The position numbers were made by a program, and so were the translations under genes. From assembly GCA_030867685.1 (NCBI GenBank), contig JAQOWU010000008.1, positions 62,001 to 126,000 of the forward strand: a stretch of DNA of 64,000 nucleotides, read 5' to 3'. The stretch comes from Wickerhamiella versatilis. Its lineage: Eukaryota. Every line of letters starts with the position of its first letter. The stretch's first letter is position 1. Positions 42,882 to 53,302 of this stretch are shown here, piece after piece. Under the pieces are notes generated by a model. The model saw nothing but the letters and a program-made list of their open reading frames with translations. It made no database searches and was not told the DNA's origin.

Positions 42882-42891
42882 GCTATCTTGC
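42882..42891 (+). repeat. Dispersed element, left arm only
   Basis: GCTATCTTGC between the two divergent secreted genes. Confidence 0.5.
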
Positions 42892-43122
42892 TGGAATGCC
42901 GTATACTTGCATATAATGGCAACTGTAACCAGTATTAGACACGCATTTGACGCGTTTTCTCATTCTAGCCAGCAATTTGTTAGGTATCATCCGGTAACAA
43001 TGAGGATTTAACACCAACCCAAGAACCTGATGAAGATCGGCCTAACCCTACGCTTTTGAATCATAATCATACTTATAGCTAATATATCTTAGTAAAGAAA
43101 TCTGTTCGGACCGCTACTTTCC

Positions 43123-43797
43123 ATGAGATATTTTACGATTCTTTGTTTAGCTCTGTGCAGGGCTGACGACAAGTCTTGTCCGCCAGAGGACACCATCAAG
43201 AAGCTCGTCGCCGACGTTGGAAATAACGTCCAGAACTCTCTGCCCCAGATCGCCGATATTGTCAAGGATATTGCAGATATCGTGGGGGTTGCAACTGGCG
43301 TTACTACTTGCTTCTCCGACAATGTTGGTAGCTGCATTAGCCAACTCTTGCAATCAGGTGGCGTGGTGAGTGACATTGTGGGCCTTGTCGGCGACGGAAC
43401 TGGGCTTTTCTCCGATTTGGTATCTGGTATTGAAGGCGTTCCATGGGCCTGTCTCGCTGAGGACGGCACTGAATTCGCAAGCCAGTGTATTAAGGACTTA
43501 GAACCTGCGTTCTCGCCATTTCTTGATGAGCTGAAAAAGCTTCTGGAGGTCGACGAGCAGTTAGTCAAGGAAATAGTTAAGCTTCTGTTTTCGAAAATTC
43601 CGGGACCAATAAAAAACGAGATAAAGTCGCCAATCTCCGTGTTTTCTCAAAATATTACCGATGGAGTTTATCCCCTTGTCAATGAACTTAACTCCATAAA
43701 ATCTGTATCTCCAGTAAATGATGCATTTGGAGCTCAAATTTATGATGTTGCATCCGCTCTCAACAACCTTACGGGAAGCCTCAGCGCATTGCTCTAA
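43123..43797 (+). CDS. Secreted Cys-containing amphipathic protein, probable distant paralog of the 41890-42615 gene
   Basis: Signal peptide; shared P.I.DI.KDI and C.....SCIS.L...GG patterns. Confidence 0.75.
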   Translation: MRYFTILCLALCRADDKSCPPEDTIKKLVADVGNNVQNSLPQIADIVKDIADIVGVATGVTTCFSDNVGSCISQLLQSGGVVSDIVGLVGDGTGLFSDLVSGIEGVPWACLAEDGTEFASQCIKDLEPAFSPFLDELKKLLEVDEQLVKEIVKLLFSKIPGPIKNEIKSPISVFSQNITDGVYPLVNELNSIKSVSPVNDAFGAQIYDVASALNNLTGSLSALL

Positions 43798-44421
43798 TTT
43801 CGTTTAGCCAGCTAATCTTATTGCCCCTACCTGATCAACCCCAGTTATGATATTGGTTCTGCTGGTTCCAGGCTGTTATTCTCATTTTACCAAAGTAGCT
43901 TCGCATCTACCCGCCCATAATGTGGTTAGGACATATGCCTAGAGATTCCTTAATTTTGCTTTCGTAGTGCTAGACAAACTGATATAAATATATGAGTGGG
44001 CTGTCTTTTTCTTATAATGACCATCTCCTTTAGGCATTCTGTACTGACTAGCACTGAACCCTTTCGCCGCACTTTCCGTCAAACAAGCGCTCAGCAAATG
44101 TACCAACTGACGCTGCACATGATGTTACACAGATCACAACAAGGGAGTAACAAAGTGTTTCAGGTGATTCTAACAGCGTTGGGTGTTCAAAAGGTCGTCT
44201 TTGATTAGCGTAATAATTTCCGAAATGCGGGTACTTCTGAGTAATTGTGAATGTGAAAGACTACAATAGGACTATTAAATACCGTTCTGAGTATCTGTAT
44301 CTCCTCCTACAGAGTATTCCCGTATTTTCCCATCTACAAACCCTATTTCCTCTTATGGATTTATAAGCACCCCCGCACAACCGTAATTATAATTTCTGTA
44401 ATTGAACGCCTGAATCCCCTC

Positions 44422-47400
44422 ATGATTTATAAATGCCCATTTGGTGATTTCAGGCAATTTTCCGAAGGAAATGCTGTCAATGGACTCTTCGAGTCCCCCT
44501 TTCAAACTTCAGAAAGACTAAACCGAGTGCTTTACGTTGATGGTATAACGTCAGATAGCATAACATTCAGCGAGTACAAAAAGCTCATTTTCCGTATTGC
44601 TGCACTTTTCCGCAGTGATTATGGTATTTCACAAGGAGATATTGTTTGTTTGTACGCACCAAATTCAATTTACACGGCCGGAATTCATTTGGGCACAATC
44701 GCGTTGGCTGCCATAGTGAGTCCTGCTAGTACTATGTACAATGCAACAGAGCTCGCTCATCAGATCAGGATGACTCGTCCTCGTGTTCTTATAACATCTG
44801 ACGAGGGGTCTCAAACGGCAAGGGAAGCTATCAGAGAGAGTAGTGTCAGCGAGATACAGATAGTCACATTTAGTGAGCTGCTGCCAAAACTTGAAGCACT
44901 TGCTAAAGCTCCCTCAGCAGCTATGGTTTCGCCAGTTGAAGTAGATGCTGCCCACTATCCTGCATATTATACTTTCTCGTCAGGGACTTCAGGATTACCC
45001 AAAGGTGTGATAACTACTCATAGAAATATTTTGACAAATATCCTTCAACAATTTTTCAACCATGACACCCCATATGTTGCAAATGATCATTGTGTTGGTG
45101 CTGTACTACCAATGAGCCACATATTTGGTCTTAACACCTTCATTTGGGCTGCTATTTATCGAGTACACACAATCGTGGTTTTTCCCAAATTTGACCTTGT
45201 AACGTTTCTCGAAAAGTGCTCAAAATATGATGTGGATGTAGTTACGCTCGTGCCTCCTATTGTGCTGCTTTTTGGAAAACATCCATTACTGGATAGCTAT
45301 CCGAAACTCAAGCAGAACCTGCGATATTTGAGGTGTGGTGCCGCACCACTGTCAGTATCTACACAAGCACTTGTTAAGAAGAGATTGCCTAATTGCTTTA
45401 TTCTGCAAGGATATGGGCTTACCGAAACATCCCCTTCTACCCATTCAGGGTCTCAGTTTGAGGCAGAACACAACTCTGCAACAGTTGGCTGGCTCATACC
45501 TGGGACTGAGGCTCGCCTTGTCGATCCTGAAACAGGTAAGGACTCAAGCAGGGGTGAATTGTGGGTTCGAGGCCCCCAGATCACGAAAGGATACTTGAAT
45601 GATGAGAAAGCAACAAAAGAGGCGTTCAGTGAGGGTGGGTGGTTCAAGACAGGCGACGTTGCCGTTGTGGATGAGTCGGGGCAATTCGAAATTGTGGACC
45701 GTATCAAGGAGCTTATCAAGTCAAAAGGACACCAAGTGGCACCAGCAGAGCTTGAAAGTGTGCTACTTTCGCATCCTAATGTTTTAGATGCTGCTGTCAT
45801 TGGAATTCCAGATGAGAACCAGACTACTGAGCACCCCCGGGCATTCTTGGTGTTAAAACCAGACACAGACATCAAAGAGATACTTGGGTGGTTCAACGAA
45901 AAGGTTGCACAACATAAACGCCTTTCAGGTGGGGTTATCGCTGTTGATAAGGTACCCAAGTCCTCGTCGGGTAAGATTTTACGTCGGGTTCTTCGAGATG
46001 CCAGTATCACTCCCCAAGAAATCAAGGGGGCGGTTCCTGATGGGGACCGAGAGAAGTTAGTATATGCTCTCAAACATGATGCAGAGCAGAAATCAATACT
46101 GACAACTGTGATCCGTGTATCCTCTGGGATCTTAGGTTCCATGGAAAATTTGAGCGGTTCATCGAATTTTACTGAAATTGGTGGTGACTCGCTTTCTGCC
46201 TTGACGTTTTCTAACATGCTTCAAGAAATATATGACATATCTGTGCCCGTCGCCTTGATCATTTCTCCTACTTCTGATTTCAAGTCACTTGCGAATTATA
46301 TCGAAGGTCAGCAAAGCGGTAAAGCAGGAAAGCCGACATATGCGAAAATTCATGGAAGGAATGTAGAAAAAGTTTCTCCCACAGATCTAGCCTTAAATAA
46401 GTTCGTTGATAGCGCTACTCTTTCGCGTGCCTCGTCTTTGCCTGACGTTAAAGGCGAACCTCGCACAGTCCTGTTGACCGGAGCCACGGGATTTCTTGGT
46501 CGACACCTTGCCTTAGAATTATTGCAACGGTTGGCAAAAATTGGTGGTAAGCTTATTTGCTTGATCCGGGCAAAAAATGCTTCAGAGGGATTCGACCGAC
46601 TCTATCGGTCGTTTGATAAGGGCGATCCTAGTCTACTAGCACATTTTCGTGATTTAGCGGCTAGTAATCTTGAGGTGGTAGTCGGTGATAAGTCTGAGGA
46701 GCAACTTGGCTTGAAAAATGATACCTGGCAAAGGCTATCACGCGATGTCGATATGATTGTCGATTCAGCTGCTATGGTAAATCATGTACTGCCCTATGAT
46801 CAGCTCTTTGAACCAAACGTCGTAGGTACAGCTGAATTGATTCGGTTTGCAATTACCTCAAGGCTCAAGCAATTTGTCTATGTTTCAACAGTGGCGGTTG
46901 GAAAAGGCGTGTCGCGTGAAAAATTCACGGAGGATATTGACGTGAGAGACATGTGTCCTTCGCGAAGAATAGACAATAGTTATGCGAGTGGCTATGGTCA
47001 TAGTAAATGGGCGGGAGAAGTCTTGCTAAGACAAGCACATGACCAATTCCGGCTTCCTGTGTCAGTATTTCGGTGTGGAATGATATTGGCAAATACGACG
47101 TACTCAGGTCAGCTAAATGAACAGGACATGTTTACTCGCCTAGTTTTGAGCTTGATTGCTACAGGCAAAGCACCAAAATCTTTCTACGAATTGGATACTG
47201 AGGGAATGAAGCAGCGGACTCACTATGATGGGTTACCGGTTGATTTTGTCTCAAAAGCCATTTGCTCCCTGACATTACCACGAGAAGGATATGCTACATA
47301 TCATGTGATGAACCCCCACGACGACGGGATTGGGCTAGATGAGTACGTTGATTGGCTGATCGCATTTGGCTACAATATAGACCGTGTTGATGAGTATTCG

Positions 47401-47649
47401 GACTGGCTTCAGCAATTTGAAAACAGCCTTCATGATCTGCCGCCTTGGCAGCAATCTGCATCGTTATTGCCACTTTTACACAGCTATAGGGAACCATTAA
47501 AACCTACCTGTGGATCCATTGCTTCGACGAAGCGCTTTTGGGAAGCTTTACATCAGAAAAAGTTTACTTCAGATTTTGAGAGCCCCTATATAAATCAGCC
47601 CTTGATCGGTAAGTATGCCAATGACCTGCATCTTCTTGGACTGATATAG
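44422..47649 (+). CDS. Chimeric carboxylic acid reductase / NRPS-like enzyme (4CL-like A domain, T domain, R domain)
   Basis: A domain: FSSGTSGLPKGV, QGYGLTETSP, GWFKTGD, DRIKELIK.KG.QVAPAELE, PKSSSGKILRR. T domain: IGGDSLSAL (Ser590). R domain: TGATGFLG, VNHVLPY..LF.PNV.GTAELIR, GYGHSKWAGE, HYDGLPV, HVMNPHDDGIGLDEYVDWL. Confidence 0.93.
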   Translation: MIYKCPFGDFRQFSEGNAVNGLFESPFQTSERLNRVLYVDGITSDSITFSEYKKLIFRIAALFRSDYGISQGDIVCLYAPNSIYTAGIHLGTIALAAIVSPASTMYNATELAHQIRMTRPRVLITSDEGSQTAREAIRESSVSEIQIVTFSELLPKLEALAKAPSAAMVSPVEVDAAHYPAYYTFSSGTSGLPKGVITTHRNILTNILQQFFNHDTPYVANDHCVGAVLPMSHIFGLNTFIWAAIYRVHTIVVFPKFDLVTFLEKCSKYDVDVVTLVPPIVLLFGKHPLLDSYPKLKQNLRYLRCGAAPLSVSTQALVKKRLPNCFILQGYGLTETSPSTHSGSQFEAEHNSATVGWLIPGTEARLVDPETGKDSSRGELWVRGPQITKGYLNDEKATKEAFSEGGWFKTGDVAVVDESGQFEIVDRIKELIKSKGHQVAPAELESVLLSHPNVLDAAVIGIPDENQTTEHPRAFLVLKPDTDIKEILGWFNEKVAQHKRLSGGVIAVDKVPKSSSGKILRRVLRDASITPQEIKGAVPDGDREKLVYALKHDAEQKSILTTVIRVSSGILGSMENLSGSSNFTEIGGDSLSALTFSNMLQEIYDISVPVALIISPTSDFKSLANYIEGQQSGKAGKPTYAKIHGRNVEKVSPTDLALNKFVDSATLSRASSLPDVKGEPRTVLLTGATGFLGRHLALELLQRLAKIGGKLICLIRAKNASEGFDRLYRSFDKGDPSLLAHFRDLAASNLEVVVGDKSEEQLGLKNDTWQRLSRDVDMIVDSAAMVNHVLPYDQLFEPNVVGTAELIRFAITSRLKQFVYVSTVAVGKGVSREKFTEDIDVRDMCPSRRIDNSYASGYGHSKWAGEVLLRQAHDQFRLPVSVFRCGMILANTTYSGQLNEQDMFTRLVLSLIATGKAPKSFYELDTEGMKQRTHYDGLPVDFVSKAICSLTLPREGYATYHVMNPHDDGIGLDEYVDWLIAFGYNIDRVDEYSDWLQQFENSLHDLPPWQQSASLLPLLHSYREPLKPTCGSIASTKRFWEALHQKKFTSDFESPYINQPLIGKYANDLHLLGLI

Positions 47650-47905
47650 AAGAACATTTCTTATCGCAGCTTATCGTATTTTGGGCTGCAATAAGTCGGT
47701 TATCAGCTGGGTTCTGTAAGGTACAGAACATAGGAGGTCTGCATCATAGCAACTTTTTTTCACAACATAGTTAGAAAACTAGCGAAATACGATGGCCAGA
47801 TAACTAGCAAGTAAGAATGACCGAGACGAACCAAGATATATGCGTTACCTGTGAATATAATCTTACCCCGGTTGTTTTTAGTAGTAAGCGCAATGAGAAA
47901 AGCAG

Positions 47906-48313
47906 TCAAACCAGCAAATAGCTAAGGATATCACACAAGAATTAAGTGCTTTAATGTCGTTTGCACCGTTAAAGAACCCAGACGCAGCCCAATGCAGGAT
48001 AGCCCACTGGCAATAACACCCATTTAGGTAATGAGTATATCTTAGAAATCCTCCCGTTTTCCCCGCACAAAAGAACTTGGGAACAAATTGATACTCATTA
48101 AATCAAACCAGCAAATAGCTAAGGATATAACACAAGAATTAAAATGCTTTAATGTCGTGTCGTGTGCACCTCATCTATCGTTCAAGACCCCAGGCGCAAC
48201 ACGGTCGAAAGTTGCGTTAATTCCCATTTAGGTAATGTGTATATCTTAAAGATCTTCGGGATAGGCAACCCCCAGTCGCACATTAGAGGTGGGGAACGAA
48301 TCGACGCTCATTA
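47906..48313 (+). repeat. Degenerate tandem duplication of a ~200-bp non-coding unit
   Basis: TCAAACCAGCAAATAGCTAAGGATAT.ACACAAGAATTAA at 47906 and 48103; both units contain CCCATTTAGGTAATG and end ...CTCATTA. Confidence 0.85.
47991..48009 (-). repeat. Dispersed element, left part (reverse)
   Basis: Minus strand CAGTGGGCTATCCTGCATT. Confidence 0.7.
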
Positions 48314-48544
48314 GGTATGAATAACGATAAAAAAAATCCAGGTTTAGCAGTACTGTGAGAACATGCCGAGATACAAATAAGAATATTTAGGTCATAAGCT
48401 TCTTAATGGACCTGATAAATATCAAAGCATTCGCTACGGTCGTATTAATCGGATAAACTGCAGCGCGATTTTAGTATATTATAGATCCATGAGTAATAAA
48501 TAGTCGTCTTGAATTTTCGTCTTGAACAACAATCAAAAAGCGTA

Positions 48545-49638
48545 ATGGTGAGAGAGATAAAGAAAATAACATTGCTCTTATTCCTATCCGGGGAGTAATG
48601 GCCAGTATTGAGGCGTCTACAATAGCGCCCTACGATTCATCCACAACCGATATACCTAGCGCCTATAGCGGTGCTGTTTCCCAGAGTTATGTCGAGTCTC
48701 ACGGTCAACATATTTCTTATTATGAGTATGGAAACTCGTCAAATCCTACGGTGATCATGACAGGCGGGTGGCCCTCAGGGGCAAGCGCACTTAGCGCTTT
48801 CGCTGTGGGGTTGGCCAATGCCGGCGCCCATGTAGTGCTTTATGATACGCTTGGATCAGGAAGTAGCTCACATCCATGGGGATCATGGGCCTATAGTATA
48901 ACAGACTTAGCTGATGAAATGGGTGCTGTTATTGAGGCGGCTGCACCGAACAAGAAGGTTGCTACTTTTGGTGAGGCTTGGACGCCATTTATCTCCTCAG
49001 AATATTGTGCTATGCACCCAGATGATGGTGCTATCGATACAATATTTTCGATAGGGGTCCCGTGCTTTGACTTGAGCAATCAAGCGTTGATAAATCAAAC
49101 CAGAAACCTCGTCAACGACCAGCAGAACCTCACGCGAGTTATATCGCAGTGGGCATCTCTCGCTTACATGGGTTTGATCTCATTCCCTGCCGTTCCAGAA
49201 GCACTTATAGATAGTGGTGTTCCACAATGGATCGTTAACGAATTGAATGATGTTTTCAAGGCTTTAAACACCTCTGATTCAGAAGTTTTGAGTAGTATTT
49301 TGGGCCAAAGTCTGGCGGATGGTTTGTTGGAGTCCTTAAAATATGATAAGTCTGATACAAGTCATGGGATGCAGAAATATGAGTGGTATGTCCAGAACCG
49401 CCTTGTTCCTGGAATCATTAGCGGCAAGATGTATCGGCAGTATTTGCCCGTGGACAGGCTGAAGGTGTGGATGCTGAAAAATGATAACATCGAGACTGAC
49501 ATTATGCTTGAAGGCCTCGGAGAGCACATTTCCGCGGAACCTAATATCACTTACTTGGATAGTGGGCATTTCGGCTGGGGAGCGCATGGAAATTCCAAAA
49601 TAATGCGATCTACCATCATAGAGTGGATAGGGGCATAG
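48545..49638 (+). CDS. Alpha/beta hydrolase (EphD-like N-terminal domain type) with altered catalytic motif; signal peptide is out of frame
   Basis: ORF 48598-49638: PTVIMTGGWP, VVLYD..GSG.S, Y....LAD....VI, GH near the C-terminus. Upstream ATG 48545 gives MVREIKKITLLLFLSG, which joins the ORF if one base is added at the G4 run 48590-48593. Confidence 0.7.
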
Positions 49639-49773
49639 GAGAAGGAACTTGGAATTGAACGCCTAAAACTCAGCTGCGCTGCTTTAATTATTTTTTGGTA
49701 TTTTATGTATAGTAGACATTGTAGCTTTTCGTTTTTTTGGCCGACTATATTATACTGTACCAGAACTATGCAG

Positions 49774-49789
49774 ATCTTGCATTGTCCAG
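49774..49789 (+). repeat. Dispersed element, partial copy
   Basis: ATCTTGCATTGTCCAG. Confidence 0.65.
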
Positions 49790-50389
49790 TCAATTCGGAT
49801 GTTCTTGTAATTTTGAAGCATTCTACAGCGATCGCTGAGGCGGTAGAAGGAGGCTAGATTAATGCCACTGATAGTGATTTCCCGTAACTTATTTATCTAA
49901 AAGTAGGTGATTTCGGCGGAGTTACCTAACCTCATTAAAAATCACCTTGGCATGCCCAAAGAGATACCATGGAGCATTTTTCCCTCATGATAAAGGAGAT
50001 TACTTTAAATGATTTTGTTAAAGAAAGAGGCGATGTGATGGGCGGCGATTTATTACGCAAAAGTTGAAGCGATCTCGTTCACTACCTTCACCTTAATCAA
50101 GAAGAATTTCCAGAAAAAGAGATGTTGAAAGAGAATCTCAATGATGCTATTTTGGCTGTTTTAACCTTATAGCGATATTTAAGAGCACATTTGTTATGCT
50201 TTCGATTTACTTCATCTAAGAATATTGCATGAGGTACCTAATATTCTGACCGAAATGTATTACTGGCGTGATATTCGACTCCAAATCTGCTCTTATCGAC
50301 TTTATATCATACTCCAGGTGATTTTATACTTATTATACATTGCGAGACATGGCTTATATCTTATTAACAGGTCTGATTACAAACTAGAT

Positions 50390-50851
50390 ATGATGGTCGA
50401 AGACAATAGTGACGAGAGGTTCTTCTCGCTGGCAGTAGAGCAGGCTTATGCGAGCTATGAAGAAGGCGGGATTCCTATTGGTGCAGTTCTGGTCACTGCA
50501 GATGGCAAAGTCATAGGGAGTGGGCGCAACGAAAGGGTCCAGAAGCGCTCTGCTATCCTGCACGCTGAAATGGAGGCTATTGAAAATGCAAGAGAGCTTC
50601 CTGCGGCATGTTTAAAGGGTTCCACAATGTATACCACACTTAGCCCCTGCGACATGTGCACGGGTGCCTGTTTGCTCTATGGCGTTAGTAGGGTTGTTCT
50701 GGGTGAAAATCATACCTACCTAGGAGGAGAGCAGCTACTAAGGGATAAGGGTATTGAGGTAAAAAACATGAATAATGATGAATGCTGTAAACTAATTCAG
50801 AACTACGCTGCTAGCCATCTGGAAATTTGGAATGAACAGGCGTGGTCATAA
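50390..50851 (+). CDS. FCY1: Cytosine deaminase (Fcy1-like)
   Basis: EGGIPIGA, G.GRN.RVQ..SAILHAE, TMYTTLSPCDMCTGAC, WNE; ATG at 50390. Confidence 0.9.
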   Translation: MMVEDNSDERFFSLAVEQAYASYEEGGIPIGAVLVTADGKVIGSGRNERVQKRSAILHAEMEAIENARELPAACLKGSTMYTTLSPCDMCTGACLLYGVSRVVLGENHTYLGGEQLLRDKGIEVKNMNNDECCKLIQNYAASHLEIWNEQAWS

Positions 50852-52488
50852 ATCGTTACTATTTGAACTTAGTCTAGATGAAATACTGGCGGGATACGAA
50901 CAATATGAGAAAGTGGTTCCCTATAGAGTACAAACGTGGATGTATGCATATTCTTTGGAGTTGTGGAAGAAGGACTAGATTCGCGATGATCGGGAATCAG
51001 TATAATGCCGCACACTACTTCCATTCCGTAATAGGGGCTTAATATCATACAATTGCTGGAAGCTGCCCAAGGGCTGTCTGTAACATAATACATACAGCTG
51101 TCTAGCTAATGCAGCAATGAACAACAGCATTATTTCAACTAAGACCCTAGGGAGAATCTCCATAGAATGTCCTTCGTCAATACTCTTCATTTGATACTGC
51201 AAATTGGCCTCAGCAGTTGGAGGTGTCCTTTAGCATATAAGGAGCTTAATCATACTAAGTCACCTGCAAGGTTTGCTCAAGCTCTCAGGAGACTAGATGA
51301 TGTGCCCGTAAGGCCAATACTTTAGCCGGATTCTTGTTATATTTCGTAGACAATCATCGAGTGGCCTTTATAATGAGCGACACATCTCTGAGATAGACGG
51401 TGCTGGTTTTATTTCCATTTGGTGTTTTAAACAAAGGGTTATATCTTCCTCGGATAAAGGTAACTAGATCGGCATTAGTCGCGTTATCAGGCATCGATTT
51501 ATCTAATCTACAACCTGACGAGCAGCTTAGATAGCATGCATGCCTTAAAAACTGCGATCGCCTAGTTCGCTGAACTTTCGATATCAGAGTGTATAAGACG
51601 TCTTTATCCGAAGGTTTATTCAGATGCAGACTTTGCTCCAACTTTCGCTAGACACTATGGTGCCATCAGGCAATTTGTGGCACTAAATGTCTGTAAACCT
51701 GAAAAGTATATCAGGTGTCACAAATTTATAGGTTATAAAGCACCTCAACCTGAAATAGCTCTTGACTGGTTAGTATAATCACTCGGAGAATGACATTTTT
51801 CAAAGTCAGTGATGAATCTCTAAGAGTGCTAGTGAACACAGCGTGTGATGCCCTGATTCCGTATCTCGAGTTAGCTTTATCTGGACAACCGTGGTGTCTG
51901 GTTGCCACAGTTTCTTTTCAGCTGCTGTGCATGGCTCTCAACATTGGTAGCAACGTCTACACTCCATTGACTAGATTTAATGAAGATTTAAGAATGGGCC
52001 GTTACAATCAAATTAGCCTTCCACGTACCACCAATAGGCCGGATATTGTATTGTAACCAATGATCTGCTTGTATAGCAGCGTTTAATTTTGTCTTTTGGG
52101 CAGTATCTCCGAATAAGTACTTACACTGCTTTGTGATTTTATAGCCATTATATAATCATCCGGATGTACCGTTGTTCCGGCGGATGACGTCGCGCAAGCT
52201 ATTTTTTGGCGGCAGTTCTTCAGCTATTTTACTCACAGTGGATTGATTAGAATATACAGACATCGGAATGATCAGCATGTGAAAAATATGGAGCACAATA
52301 GAACCGGAGCCATTAGTGTATACGGAGGTGGAGGCACATCTGCGCCTGCGTCCTGGCTAGCCGTTTTTCCGCTGTGGTGAAATGACGGGCCCGGATCATT
52401 GGTAATCATCTGAGCCTCGACGCGTTGTGTGGATCGACGGTGACTCGGGTGATTGCTACAATAATTACGTAGAGGAAGTTGTGCTTTG

Positions 52489-52522
52489 GCTATCTTGCGA
52501 TCTCAAACTTGTCTGGGGTAGT
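52489..52522 (+). repeat. Dispersed 34-bp element copy
   Basis: GCTATCTTGCGATCTCAAACTTGTCTGGGGTAGT, 25/34 ungapped. Confidence 0.7.
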
Positions 52523-53302
52523 AGATATCTCTATTTAAAACTTAGCTGAAGTAGTCCTCACAGCTTAAAGCACTTCTTTTCTTCTTGTTCTCAGATCATG
52601 ATGTTAGAGGTTATACACCGAATATAATCCTGCCCTAGCTTGTCAAACAGGTATGCTTCCGAACCGAATCGTGCATCCGATCGAATTACTCATCACATCA
52701 TCACGGACGAAACCATTCGCAAATCAAGTTTTGACGGGAGTTTTTCGGGAATTTTTAATTTTTAATATGAGGATAAGATATGAGGAACCCAAATGGATAC
52801 ACCAATTCGTAGATCAGAGCCAGAAACTCCGTGCGTGATGTTATCAGGATTAGGGCATCATGTGTACTCCACCTTCCTTATTGAAGATGATCTTTAGTGC
52901 ACGAAGAGCAAGTTTTCCAAAAGTAAAGCTTTTTTATTTTCTTAAATCTTCCTCCCAATGCAGAAATTATGGGTACTAGGCTAAGAACCCCGACAAAGTA
53001 AAAAGAGAGAGTGTATATATGAACTCGTCACTATTTCGTTGATCCACACCTAATCCAAACAGAGCAATGATCGCTGGTTGGAATTAAGTCTTTTACATTA
53101 AGAAAAAAAACACGAACCGTGAGAGTATCTTACTGTCAAGAGCTTGAACCATAATTATTGTATTGCAACCATTCTCGATCAACCGTATCACGATTTGCGT
53201 CACATACGCAAACATTCTGTGTTATTTAAGGTAAGCAGCCTGCATGTAACCCCGCACTGTTGATGTATTTAAGCAGTAACTTTTGGTACTCACCTACTTG
53301 AA

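Noticed and set aside
45453-46217. 254-aa minus-strand ORF and the many other antisense or overlapping ORFs in the track
   Set aside because: Shadows of well-supported genes on the opposite strand, with no motifs of their own.
50869-52056. Cluster of short ORFs in the gap after FCY1
   Set aside because: No family motifs recognised in any frame; it could be a decayed gene or transposon, but that needs a tBLASTx or HMM search.
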